NCBI GenBank assembly: GCA_946629885.1
Contig: CAMOYI010000009.1
Coordinates: 1 to 47,415, forward strand
Length of the DNA: 47,415 bases
Reading direction: 5' to 3'
Source of the DNA: an uncultured Mycoplasmatota bacterium
GTDB taxonomy: Bacteria; Bacillota_I; Bacilli_A; RF39; UBA660
Below, piece after piece: positions 26,750 to 35,929 of the stretch. Each line of letters opens with the position of its first letter. Within the stretch, counting starts at the first letter, position 1. Both the position numbers and the translations under genes were made by a program. A model generated the notes under the pieces. The model saw only the letters and a list, made by a program, of their open reading frames with translations, made no database searches and was not told the origin of the DNA.

Positions 26750-27865
26750 ATGAACGGAAAAGAATTTATTAAAAATGTCAAAAAAGTTGCTGAAGAAAAG
26801 GGAATTGATGAAGAAATAATATTCGAAGCAATGGAACAAGCTTTAATCACAGCATATAAGAAAAACTATAATTCAAAAACTAATGTAAAACCGCGCGTAG
26901 ATAGAAAAACAGGCGATATTAAAATATTTTCATATTACGTCGTAGTAGATGATTATATAGATCCTGAGGTACAAATAGATGAAGAAGGTAACGAAGTAGT
27001 TGTTGAGCCAGATATTCCAGTTGATGCCCAAATATTATTAGAAGATGCTCAAAAGAAGGTGCCAGATATTAAGATCGGTGAAACGATAGAAGAAGAAGTA
27101 ACTCCAGATGATTTTGGACGTGTTGCAGTTCAAACTGCTAAACAGGTTTTAATTCAAAAGATTAGAACAGCTGAGCGTGAAAGCATTATGCTCGACTTTG
27201 CTGGTAAGGAAGGCGAAATAATGTTAGGAATGCTTGCAATGGAAGATGAAAAGAACTACTATGTCGATTTGGGTCGAGCTAGAGGTATTCTTCCAAAGTC
27301 AGAGATGATTCCAGGAGAAGTCGTAAAAATGGGATCTAGCATTAGAGTATATCTTCAAAAAATAACAGAAACTCCTAAGGGACCACTTATTCTTTGTTCA
27401 AGAAAACACTATAATTTTGTAAGACGTCTATTTGAAAGTGAAATACCTGAATTAATAGATGGAACTGTTCTATTATACGGAGTTGCAAGAGAAGCAGGAG
27501 TCAGAAGCAAGGTCGCTGTTTATTCTCAAGACGCTAATGTGGATGCAAAAGGAGCATGTATTGGAGAAAAAGGATCTAGAATTGGTAACATTTTAAGGGA
27601 ATTAAATGGAGAAAAAGTCGATCTAGTACTATATTCTGACAATATTGAAGAATTCATAAAAGAGTCTCTTAGCCCAGCTAAAAATGTCTATGTCAACATA
27701 GAAGAAAACGGCGAAAAAAATGAAGCTCTTGTCGTTGTCAGTGATGACGAATTGAGTCTTGCAATCGGCAAAGGTGGAATAAACATAAAGCTTGCTAGCA
27801 AACTTACAAAATATCACTTAACTATCAAGTCCATGAGTCAAGTAACTGAAGAAGGTAATAAATAG
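26750..27865 (+). CDS. nusA: transcription termination/antitermination factor NusA
   Basis: FGRVAVQTAKQV, AREAGVRSKVAV, ACIGEKGSRI, LSLAIGKGGINIKLA. Confidence 0.97.
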   Translation: MNGKEFIKNVKKVAEEKGIDEEIIFEAMEQALITAYKKNYNSKTNVKPRVDRKTGDIKIFSYYVVVDDYIDPEVQIDEEGNEVVVEPDIPVDAQILLEDAQKKVPDIKIGETIEEEVTPDDFGRVAVQTAKQVLIQKIRTAERESIMLDFAGKEGEIMLGMLAMEDEKNYYVDLGRARGILPKSEMIPGEVVKMGSSIRVYLQKITETPKGPLILCSRKHYNFVRRLFESEIPELIDGTVLLYGVAREAGVRSKVAVYSQDANVDAKGACIGEKGSRIGNILRELNGEKVDLVLYSDNIEEFIKESLSPAKNVYVNIEENGEKNEALVVVSDDELSLAIGKGGINIKLASKLTKYHLTIKSMSQVTEEGNK

Positions 27866-28122
27866 TGAAAGAAAAAAAAGTGCCAATGCGCATGTGCGTA
27901 GTAACGCACGAAAAATTTCCTAAAAGGGAGCTTATAAGAGTAGTAAGTTTTAATGGTGAAATAAGCGTAGATGAAACTGGTAAGAAAAACGGTAAGGGAT
28001 GCTATTTAAAAAAAGACATCTCTGTTATTGAAGAAGCTAAAAAGAAAAAAATATTGAATAGAGTTTTCTCTTGCGAGATAGATGAAAAGATATATGATGA
28101 AATAATAAAATTAATTAATTAG
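27865..28122 (+). CDS. ylxR: YlxR (RnpM) family RNA-binding protein
   Basis: KKVPMRMCVVT...PKRELIRVV...DETGKKNGKGCY; located between nusA and infB. Confidence 0.93.
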   Translation: MKEKKVPMRMCVVTHEKFPKRELIRVVSFNGEISVDETGKKNGKGCYLKKDISVIEEAKKKKILNRVFSCEIDEKIYDEIIKLIN

Positions 28123-28139
28123 AAAGAAGGTGCATTTAC

Positions 28140-30236
28140 ATGTTTAGTGTAAAAGAATATGCAAATGAAATGGGAATATCTGTACAAGATGTCCTTAAAA
28201 AATGTGCATTTTTGGAAATCAAGGCAAGTAATGCAGATGACATTTTATCAGAAGATGATGTAATCATGTTGGACAATGCCATAGACATTATGGATTCTGT
28301 CCAAGAAGATGACTATTCTCTTGAAAGTCAAGATGAATATGATAGAGTAGTCGAAGAGGAAAAGAAAGAGACTAGAAAAATTAATGATCACAACAAGAAA
28401 GTTGCGTTGACAGAGAATAAGACGAATTATGCTAAAAAGCGCAAAGAAATGTATAAACATAAAGAAAAACTTCAATCTTTAAATAATACTAGTGAAGACA
28501 TCGTACTATATAGAGATGGTTTGACTGTTCAAGGACTAGCAGATGAACTAGGTGTAAGTGGCAACGATATAATTGTTAAACTCATGTCTATGGGATTGAT
28601 GATATCTTTAAATGAAGTTATAGATTTTGATAATGCTGAGATTATATCTCTTGAATATGGTAAGACATTAAAAAAGGAAAGCACACAAGATGTTTCTAAC
28701 TTTGAAGAATTAGAGATAATCGATTCTGAAAGTGACTTAGTTTCGCGTCCACCAGTTGTAACGATTATGGGACATGTCGATCATGGTAAGACTACTTTAC
28801 TAGACTATATTAGAAATTCGCATGTCGTCGATAAAGAATTTGGTGGAATTACACAGCACATTGGAGCATATCAAATATCTTATAATGATAAAAAGATAAC
28901 ATTTATAGATACACCAGGGCATGCTGCATTTACAGAGATGAGAGCAAGAGGGGCTGCAGTTACAGATATTGTAATAATTATAGTAGCAGCAGATGATGGT
29001 GTTATGCCACAGACAGAGGAAGCAATCGACCACGCTTTAAGTGCTAATGTACCTATAATAGTAGCAGTTAATAAGATTGATAAACCAGATGCTAACATTG
29101 AAAGAATATATACAGAAATGGCTGCACATAACATAACTCCAGAATCATGGGGTGGAAATGTACCTTTTGTAAATATATCTGCTAAGACTGGTGAAAATGT
29201 AAATGAAGTTTTAGATACAATTTTGGCAATATCGGAGATTAATGAATATAAAGCAAATCCAAATAGATACGCAACGGGTACTGTAATCGAATCTAGAATT
29301 GACAAGACGAGTGGTGGAGTATCTAGTATACTAATACAAAATGGTACATTACGTCTAGGTGACCCAATCGTAGTAGGAACAGCTTATGGAAAAGTTAGAA
29401 CTATCAAAAACGACTTAGGACAAAGTATAGTAGAAGCTGGTCCAAGTACACCTGTTGAAATAACTGGATTAAATGGAAATCCTAGTGCAGGAGATAAGTT
29501 CATGGCATTCGAATCTGAGAAGACAGCGAAGGATATTGCAGCCAAGAGACAAAACAATGCAAAGATAAGTAAATACAAGACCGATGTCGTATCATTTGAA
29601 GACTTGTTTAGTCAAATTCAGTCTGGTATAAAAGAAATAAATGTAATCTTGAAAGCAGATGTTCGTGGAAGTGAAGAAGCTGTTAGAAATGCGCTTCTAA
29701 AGATAGATGTAGAGGGCGTAAAGGTTAAGGTCATTAGAAGCGGAATCGGTGCGATAAGTGAATCCGATATAGTTTTAGCAAATGCATCAAATGCATTAGT
29801 TATAGGATTTAATGTAGTGGCATCTAACTCTTGTCGTGAAGCCGCTAAAGAGTATAACGTAGATATAAAGCTTTATACGATTATCTATAAACTAGTCGAA
29901 GAAATGGAAGCTTCTATGAAAGGTATGCTAGATCCAGAATTTGAAGAAAAAACTATAGGTAATGCAGAAGTAAGACAATTATTTAAATTCTCTAAAGTTG
30001 GAACAATCGCTGGATGTAAAGTCATGAAAGATACTGTAAAGAACGGTGCTAAAGTAAGAATAATTCGCGAGGGTAGCATAGTTTATGATGGAGTAATATC
30101 TAGTATACAAAGAGAAAAAGATAGTGTCAAAGAAGTTAAAGAAGGATATGAATGCGGTATCACAATAGAAAACTTCAACGATTTAAAAATTGGAGATATT
30201 ATAGAAGCATATGAGATTGTCGAGGTAAAAAGATGA
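28140..30236 (+). CDS. infB: translation initiation factor IF-2
   Basis: RPPVVTIMGHVDHGKTTLLD, ITQHIGAY, DTPGHAAF, NKID. Confidence 0.99.
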   Translation: MFSVKEYANEMGISVQDVLKKCAFLEIKASNADDILSEDDVIMLDNAIDIMDSVQEDDYSLESQDEYDRVVEEEKKETRKINDHNKKVALTENKTNYAKKRKEMYKHKEKLQSLNNTSEDIVLYRDGLTVQGLADELGVSGNDIIVKLMSMGLMISLNEVIDFDNAEIISLEYGKTLKKESTQDVSNFEELEIIDSESDLVSRPPVVTIMGHVDHGKTTLLDYIRNSHVVDKEFGGITQHIGAYQISYNDKKITFIDTPGHAAFTEMRARGAAVTDIVIIIVAADDGVMPQTEEAIDHALSANVPIIVAVNKIDKPDANIERIYTEMAAHNITPESWGGNVPFVNISAKTGENVNEVLDTILAISEINEYKANPNRYATGTVIESRIDKTSGGVSSILIQNGTLRLGDPIVVGTAYGKVRTIKNDLGQSIVEAGPSTPVEITGLNGNPSAGDKFMAFESEKTAKDIAAKRQNNAKISKYKTDVVSFEDLFSQIQSGIKEINVILKADVRGSEEAVRNALLKIDVEGVKVKVIRSGIGAISESDIVLANASNALVIGFNVVASNSCREAAKEYNVDIKLYTIIYKLVEEMEASMKGMLDPEFEEKTIGNAEVRQLFKFSKVGTIAGCKVMKDTVKNGAKVRIIREGSIVYDGVISSIQREKDSVKEVKEGYECGITIENFNDLKIGDIIEAYEIVEVKR

Positions 30237-30580
30237 GTTTAAAAACTAAAAGAATAGGAAGTGCTATAGCTAGGGAAATTAGTGCTATCTTGAACGAAGA
30301 AGCAAGAGATGAGTTATTAAAAAATGTCAGCATTACAGATGTTACCGTCGACGATGACTTAACCTTTGCTAAAGTATATTTTATGACCAGGTTGAGTGAC
30401 ACAAAAAATATGGAAAAAGAATTAAATGAAGCTAGTGGGTTTGTAAGGAAACACTTAGCACACAGATTAAATTTAAGAAGTACCCCTGAACTAAAGTTTG
30501 TATATGATAAATCTCTAGACTATAGTGAAAAGATAGATAAAATTATAGATGAAATACACGAGGAGGAAAATCATGGGTGA
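30233..30580 (+). CDS. rbfA: 30S ribosome-binding factor A
   Basis: VSITDVTVDDDLTFAKVY, LRSTPELKFVYDKS; follows infB. Confidence 0.96.
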   Translation: MSLKTKRIGSAIAREISAILNEEARDELLKNVSITDVTVDDDLTFAKVYFMTRLSDTKNMEKELNEASGFVRKHLAHRLNLRSTPELKFVYDKSLDYSEKIDKIIDEIHEEENHG

Positions 30581-31076
30581 TAATGTACTTTTACCAGAAG
30601 AGCCAAAAATAATCGATTTTTCGACAGTACAGAAAGGAAGTTTAGAGTACCTTTCACTGTGTAAATTGTATATAGAAGGCGCAAGAAGTTTAGGAAGTTC
30701 TCTTCTTAACAGATCCGATAATGTCCTTTATAAGGCTACAGATCGTATTCTACGGACCCCTATAAATGCAATTTATCGCGGAAATTTAGATAAAATAATT
30801 GAATTGTGTATTAGAGAAGAATTTATTGGATTAGCATATGGAAGTGGCAGTGATGATTCCGCGATCTTAGGCTATTTATATGCAAGAGTACAAGAAGGAA
30901 ATGCTACCGTTTTGGATATGTATCCTCATGTGCCAAATATTATAAATCCATTACTACAAGAACTTCGTGATAGAGGAGCTGTTAAAATATGTATTCTTCC
31001 AACAGGTGACTCAGAGGAATATAAAGTTTTTTTACGAGGACTTAATATTACTCCAGAGGGAATAAAAAAATTTTGA
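30573..31076 (+). CDS. hypothetical protein, possible degenerate GNAT fold
   Basis: ATG 30573 after a strong AGGAGG. The pattern ILGYLYARV...TVLDMY...LLQELRDRGAVKICI...FLRGLNI is GNAT-like but lacks the R/QxxGxG motif. Confidence 0.65.
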   Translation: MGDNVLLPEEPKIIDFSTVQKGSLEYLSLCKLYIEGARSLGSSLLNRSDNVLYKATDRILRTPINAIYRGNLDKIIELCIREEFIGLAYGSGSDDSAILGYLYARVQEGNATVLDMYPHVPNIINPLLQELRDRGAVKICILPTGDSEEYKVFLRGLNITPEGIKKF

Positions 31077-31924
31077 TTTCAAACAATTATATTTTAGTTA
31101 TCGATAAACCATCTGGTATGACTAGTAGAGATGTAGTTAATAAAATCTCTAAAACATTAATTACCAAAAGGGTTGGTCACACAGGTACACTTGATCCACT
31201 TGCAACAGGAGTCTTAGTAGTGACAGTTGGAAAATACACAAAACTATGCGAATTATTGACGTCTACATTTAAAGAATATAAAGTAGAAATGAAACTTGGC
31301 TTTGAGACAGATACTCTTGATATTACTGGTAAAGTAACAAATACTTCTTTAATGAGTGTTAGTGAAGAAAAAATAGTGTCTACTATCGAGAGTTTTGTCG
31401 GAAAGTATTTACAGGAAGTTCCAGCGTATTCTGCAGTAAAAATAAATGGTAAACGTCTATACGAATACGCAAGGGAAAATAAAACGATGGAATTGCCAAA
31501 AAGAGAAGTAAATATAAAAGATATAAGTGATATATCAATAAGCGGAAACACAGTATCTTTTAAATGTTTAGTTTCTAAGGGTACATATATACGAAGTCTT
31601 GTTAGAGACATAGGGATAAAACTTGGAACATATGCTACTATGAGTAACTTGGTAAGGACGAAGCAAGGAAAATTTTCTATTGAAGAATCTTATACTATCG
31701 AAGACATTGAACAAGGAAAATTTACTTCATTAAAAATAGAGGATGTATTGGATAATTTATATACTGTAAATATTGACGATAAAGTTTACAAAGAAGTGTC
31801 AAATGGCATTGTAAAGGAATATAATATAAAAGAGGACTATATATTATTCAAATATTCCAGTAATGATATTGCTTTATATAAGAGGAAAGAAAAAAATAAG
31901 TTTGGAATGTATGTAAAGTTCTAG
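31073..31924 (+). CDS. truB: tRNA pseudouridine(55) synthase
   Basis: DKPSGMTS, VGHTGTLDPLATGVL, SAVKINGKRLYEYAR, SKGTYIRSL. Confidence 0.98.
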   Translation: MISNNYILVIDKPSGMTSRDVVNKISKTLITKRVGHTGTLDPLATGVLVVTVGKYTKLCELLTSTFKEYKVEMKLGFETDTLDITGKVTNTSLMSVSEEKIVSTIESFVGKYLQEVPAYSAVKINGKRLYEYARENKTMELPKREVNIKDISDISISGNTVSFKCLVSKGTYIRSLVRDIGIKLGTYATMSNLVRTKQGKFSIEESYTIEDIEQGKFTSLKIEDVLDNLYTVNIDDKVYKEVSNGIVKEYNIKEDYILFKYSSNDIALYKRKEKNKFGMYVKF

Positions 31925-31996
31925 ACTTTTTTTGTCTAAAGTTTTGCTATTAATGGATTTAAATGATATACTGTAATGGCACAAGAGGTGAATTAA

Positions 31997-32527
31997 ATGT
32001 TAAAAGAATCTATTGTTCAAGATGAAAATTATATGGATATTGTAAAAGAATATTTTAATAACGCCGATGTTCAAAGATTAAAAAATATTCCACATCACGA
32101 TTCAAATAGATTGAATCATTCGATGAAAGTTTCATATTATTCATATAAGATATGTAAAAAGTTGCATTTAAACTATATTAGTGCTGCCAAGGCTGGAATA
32201 CTACACGATTTGTTCTTTACCCGTTCTGTAAACTATGATAAAGCTAAAGACAAAATTAGATTATATTCAAATATTCACCCAGAGATGGCTTTAGAAAACG
32301 CTAAAAAGATTACATCTTTAACTCCATTAGAAGAAAATATAATTATTTCTCATATGTGGCCTTTATCAAAGCACTTACCAAAATATAAAGAAAGTTTCAT
32401 ATTAGGTAGTGTAGATACCGTTATAAGTACAAAAGAATTTACATCAAAGTTAAATTACAAATTAACGTATGCTTTAGGAGTTTACTTTATATTTATATGT
32501 TATTTAATATTTAAAACTAATATCTAG
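31997..32527 (+). CDS. HD-domain phosphohydrolase-like protein with a C-terminal TM
   Basis: HH..NRLNHS..VSY, AGILHDLF, HPEMALENA, IISHMWP. Confidence 0.88.
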   Translation: MLKESIVQDENYMDIVKEYFNNADVQRLKNIPHHDSNRLNHSMKVSYYSYKICKKLHLNYISAAKAGILHDLFFTRSVNYDKAKDKIRLYSNIHPEMALENAKKITSLTPLEENIIISHMWPLSKHLPKYKESFILGSVDTVISTKEFTSKLNYKLTYALGVYFIFICYLIFKTNI

Positions 32528-32574
32528 ACAAAAAGTCTAGATTTATTTTTTATTGTGTTGTACAATTATATTGC

Positions 32575-32653
32575 GTCTTCGTAGCTCAGATGGATAGAGC
32601 GCGGCCCTCCTAAGGCCGGTCTTGCGAGGGTTCGACTCCCTCCGAGGACACCA
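32575..32653 (+). tRNA. tRNA-Arg(CCT)
   Basis: Acceptor GTCTTCG/CGAGGAC, anticodon arm CGGCC-CTCCTAA-GGCCG, T arm GAGGG-TTCGACT-CCCTC, encoded CCA. Confidence 0.95.
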
Positions 32654-32662
32654 CGTGATTAT

Positions 32663-32685
32663 AAACTGCTTAAATGCAGTTTTTT
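32663..32685 (+). terminator. terminator after tRNA-Arg
   Basis: AAACTGC-ttaaat-GCAGTTT followed by a T run. Confidence 0.75.
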
Positions 32686-32730
32686 ATGTACAAGTTTTAT
32701 GATAGAATAAAAACGAAGGAGGTACTTGTC

Positions 32731-34011
32731 ATGTTTAAAAAACAAAATTTACAACAAAGGGAATTGAATCTATTTGAAGAAAAATCTGTCATTACCGGAA
32801 TTATTCCTCATAATCATGAGTTTAAATTTGATGATGTAGAAAAAAAGCTCTCTTCAATACGTGGTTTTTCCCTTTTAGAATATAGACCTACAGATACATA
32901 TACTGGCGCTATTATAAAGTGTAAATTTGAAGAAGAAACATATGAAATGGAGTTATATAAAAACATATTTGACGGAGAAAAATTTCCAAAAATATACCTT
33001 ACTCAAAATTACGTTTTCAGCGATGATGAAATGAACTCTATCAAAGAAAGTACATCAGCAGTCACAATAATAATGCGATTTAAGAAAGATCCGAGAAAAG
33101 ATTTTCAACTACAATTAAAAGTTGTGTATAAGTTAATACCAAGTTTGGCTGGTGTCATAGACGAAAGCGCCATGAAAGTTTTTCCTCCAAAACTAATCAA
33201 GATGATTGCTGAATCCAAATATCTAGTTGACTCAGTTGACTTGTACATGGTTCATTCAGTATATGATGATCATGATAATATATGGTTACATACACACGGG
33301 TTAAATAGGTGTGGGATCACTGAACTAGAAATAATAGGGGCAAATAAAATGAACATAGACAAATTTCATAATTTGTTAAATGCCTTTGCAAGCTACATAA
33401 TCGAAAATAAAAGTGCCGGATTTGACCCATTAAAGAGTAGTGCATGTATAGGCCTGCTGGGTAATAAATGCCCAATATTTCTAACCGCTATTATTTGGAA
33501 CGAAGCTATAAGCTTATTTAAGTCGCTAGATTTGGGCGGAGTTAAAGACAGAAAAGGTGAACATAATGGTCTTACTAGTGTGATATTTACGTATAATAGT
33601 GAAAGTGATATAGAAAAAGGAAATGTAATAAAATTAATAGATATTGACAGCAAACTCGATGATAATGCCATTATTTTCTATAGTAGAAAAGAATCAGAAA
33701 GAATGAGTGGTGTGGCTAAAGAGCGAATAAGTGCTGTGTATAATGCATATAAAGATAAAACTAACGAAATATTACTCAAAATAGGACTACCAGTTGAAAA
33801 TAATGATGATATTGAGCATATCTGGTTTAAATTACTTAAAATAGATAATGAAAAATTCATGTGTGAACTTGTACAAGAACCATTTGAAGTCAAAAATATA
33901 AAGATTGGTGATAAGAAAGAATTTACACTCGATGATATTACAGATTGGATTATATATACTGAAACTAGAAGTATAACACCAAATAATGCCTATATTTTGA
34001 TGGATAATTAA
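32731..34011 (+). CDS. DUF4026-family protein
   Basis: IWLHTHGLNRCGITELEI, EHIWF, ITDWIIY...ITPNNAY. ATG 32731 follows GGAGGT. Confidence 0.8.
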   Translation: MFKKQNLQQRELNLFEEKSVITGIIPHNHEFKFDDVEKKLSSIRGFSLLEYRPTDTYTGAIIKCKFEEETYEMELYKNIFDGEKFPKIYLTQNYVFSDDEMNSIKESTSAVTIIMRFKKDPRKDFQLQLKVVYKLIPSLAGVIDESAMKVFPPKLIKMIAESKYLVDSVDLYMVHSVYDDHDNIWLHTHGLNRCGITELEIIGANKMNIDKFHNLLNAFASYIIENKSAGFDPLKSSACIGLLGNKCPIFLTAIIWNEAISLFKSLDLGGVKDRKGEHNGLTSVIFTYNSESDIEKGNVIKLIDIDSKLDDNAIIFYSRKESERMSGVAKERISAVYNAYKDKTNEILLKIGLPVENNDDIEHIWFKLLKIDNEKFMCELVQEPFEVKNIKIGDKKEFTLDDITDWIIYTETRSITPNNAYILMDN

Positions 34012-34039
34012 TTGACAAATATATGATAAATGATACAAT
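34012..34039 (+). promoter_or_regulatory. sigmaA promoter for tRNA-Thr
   Basis: TTGACA-N16-TACAAT with an extended TG; overlapped by the inverted repeat ATACAATATT/AATATTGTAT (34033-34061). Confidence 0.6.
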
Positions 34040-34067
34040 ATTTATGTGGTGAATATTGTATTTATAT

Positions 34068-34141
34068 GCTGATTTAGTTTAGTGGTAAAACAGATGCATG
34101 GTAAGCATCAGAGGACTGTTCAATTCAGTCATTCAGCACCA
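34068..34141 (+). tRNA. tRNA-Thr(GGT)
   Basis: Acceptor GCTGATT/ATTCAGC (one U-U pair), D arm GTTT/AAAC, anticodon arm GATGC-ATGGTAA-GCATC, T arm GACTG-TTCAATT-CAGTC, CCA end. Confidence 0.9.
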
Positions 34142-34151
34142 TAAAATATAT

Positions 34152-34180
34152 TTGTCTTATGAAATGTTTTATGGTATAAT
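34152..34180 (+). promoter_or_regulatory. sigmaA promoter for tRNA-Leu
   Basis: TTGTCT-N17-TATAAT with an extended TG. Confidence 0.7.
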
Positions 34181-34190
34181 TTCATTACAT

Positions 34191-34277
34191 GCCTCCGTGG
34201 CGGAATTGGTAGACGCGCTGGACTCAAAATCCAGTGATAGCGATATCGTGTCGGTTCGAGTCCGACCGGAGGCACCA
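34191..34277 (+). tRNA. tRNA-Leu(CAA)
   Basis: Acceptor GCCTCCG/CGGAGGC, anticodon arm CTGGA-CTCAAAA-TCCAG, long variable arm, GGTTCGAGTCC, CCA. Confidence 0.97.
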
Positions 34278-34289
34278 TTAGAAAAAATC

Positions 34290-34320
34290 GTCACACTATA
34301 TATAGTGTGACTTTTATTTT
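34290..34320 (+). terminator. terminator after tRNA-Leu
   Basis: Perfect 22-bp palindrome GTCACACTATATATAGTGTGAC followed by TTTTATTTT. Confidence 0.75.
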
Positions 34321-34512
34321 ATAAAATCCCACAAGCAACACGGTATTACTCCTACTATCGTTAAACTCACTTTTACTATTTGACAAAAGTATAAATGAGT
34401 TTTAGATTATTGAATCAAGTTAGAAATTATGGTATATTTTTATTAGGCAAGTATTTACAATAGCATAATAATTAAATGCTTAAAAGGATTTATCTTGGCA
34501 GGTGGTGATGAA

Positions 34513-34587
34513 ATGTACTTCAGCAAAGAGAATAGGGAAAAGCGAAAAGAAAAACAGGCTATTCAAGAAAAAGGACAATCTTTATAG
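34513..34587 (+). other. 24-codon ORF (small peptide or 5' gene remnant)
   Basis: RBS AGGTGGTGA; reads MYFSKENREKRKEKQAIQEKGQSL*; two promoter-like elements upstream. Confidence 0.3.
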
Positions 34588-35802
34588 ATTATCCTTTTTT
34601 ATAGTATCTTTATATATCTTTTCTATCCAGCTTTTAGTCATACCGTAGCTGTATCTATAATGGTTTTTTTCATTTTCAACTGTGTATTCGTCATACGGTA
34701 TAAGTTTAAAATTTTTCATATCTTTATCAAAGTAGTTGATAACAAGTGAAGTATCGACATTTTTGATTTCTACTTTATCATTTAGAGAAACTTCTAGAGT
34801 AGATAAAAGTCCTACCTGATAGGCATTATCAAATTCTTCTTGTCCACTAGGCGTTCTACTGATATCGTCATCTGCAGAAACAAAATTACCTAGTGAATAG
34901 TACACCAATGTAGAGTGATTGTTATTTATCCATTCAACTGGTTGCATGCAGTGTGAGTGAGATCCTACGACAATATCTACATCTAATTCATTTAAAAAGT
35001 TTGCTAAGTTTTTCTGTTGGGTATTAGGAGTATATGTAAATTCATTTCCCCAATGCATAAAAACAATTAATACATCTACTTTAGGACGTAATAATGTAAT
35101 TTCTTCTTTCATTTTTTCTCTATAAATACTTGCATCGTTTGCATCGCTTGGATTATTAAACAATCCAACTTTTTCTCTCAAGTTCTCGGGTACTTTAATA
35201 TTTGTTCCATATGTATATGCAAGAAAGCCAAATTTAATACCATTTTTTTCTACTATTCTCGGCTTACTTCTATCTTCTTCATCATAGTAAGTACCGACAG
35301 TTAATATATTTGAATTATTCTTGAAAAAATCTAGAGTGGAATTGATTCCAGCTTCTTCTCGATCGTATGTATGATTGTTTGCAGTACATAATACCTCAAT
35401 GCTCTGTCTTGCTACTAATTCGCCCATTTTTGGTGGTGCACAAAAATTGAAACCATCTCCGCTTACTTTCATTGTTTCCGTACCAATTGGTACCTCCATG
35501 TTTGCAAGAGTCAAATCATCTTTGGAAAAAAATCTTTCGTTTATGCGACTAAAGTAATCATCGCCATTGCTATTTCTTTGTTCCAAATCCTTATATAGTG
35601 GACTTTCAAATAAGATATCACCAACCAAAGTTATTTTTACTTTTTTTTGCTTTTGTTCTTCCTTTATAATAGGTGGCGTAGGTTTAATCTCTTCTTTATT
35701 TTCAGGAGATTCATTTCTTCCACCGAGTACATATAATCCGATACATACAAATAGAACTATGAGTGTGATTAGCCAACGCTTTTTTAATCTTCTTTTTTTC
35801 AT
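34582..35802 (-). CDS. CapA (PGA_cap) family metallophosphoesterase-fold protein, membrane anchored
   Basis: LVGDIL, ANME, TANNHTYD, MHWGNE, VGSHSH, YYSLGNF; N-terminal TM. Confidence 0.92.
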   Translation of the reverse strand: MKKRRLKKRWLITLIVLFVCIGLYVLGGRNESPENKEEIKPTPPIIKEEQKQKKVKITLVGDILFESPLYKDLEQRNSNGDDYFSRINERFFSKDDLTLANMEVPIGTETMKVSGDGFNFCAPPKMGELVARQSIEVLCTANNHTYDREEAGINSTLDFFKNNSNILTVGTYYDEEDRSKPRIVEKNGIKFGFLAYTYGTNIKVPENLREKVGLFNNPSDANDASIYREKMKEEITLLRPKVDVLIVFMHWGNEFTYTPNTQQKNLANFLNELDVDIVVGSHSHCMQPVEWINNNHSTLVYYSLGNFVSADDDISRTPSGQEEFDNAYQVGLLSTLEVSLNDKVEIKNVDTSLVINYFDKDMKNFKLIPYDEYTVENEKNHYRYSYGMTKSWIEKIYKDTIKKDNL

Positions 35803-35929
35803 TTTTAATACAACTCCTATACATTATCAGAATAACATAAATATCTTTTTTTTTGAAGAAAAAGCTTTGAATATTTGTATGTTTGCTTTATAATATATGT
35901 CACTAGATATAAATGGAAGGAAGATACAA

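Noticed and set aside
34098-34310. 70-aa ORF in the supplied track
   Set aside because: It overlaps tRNA-Thr, the tRNA-Leu promoter and tRNA-Leu, so it is spurious.
32575-34320. Genomic island integrated at a tRNA (DUF4026 gene between tRNAs)
   Set aside because: No duplicated tRNA 3' end or integrase was found, and each tRNA has its own ordinary promoter.
34582-35802. Poly-gamma-glutamate capsule locus
   Set aside because: Only a CapA-family gene is present, with no capB/capC. Stand-alone CapA-domain proteins are common.
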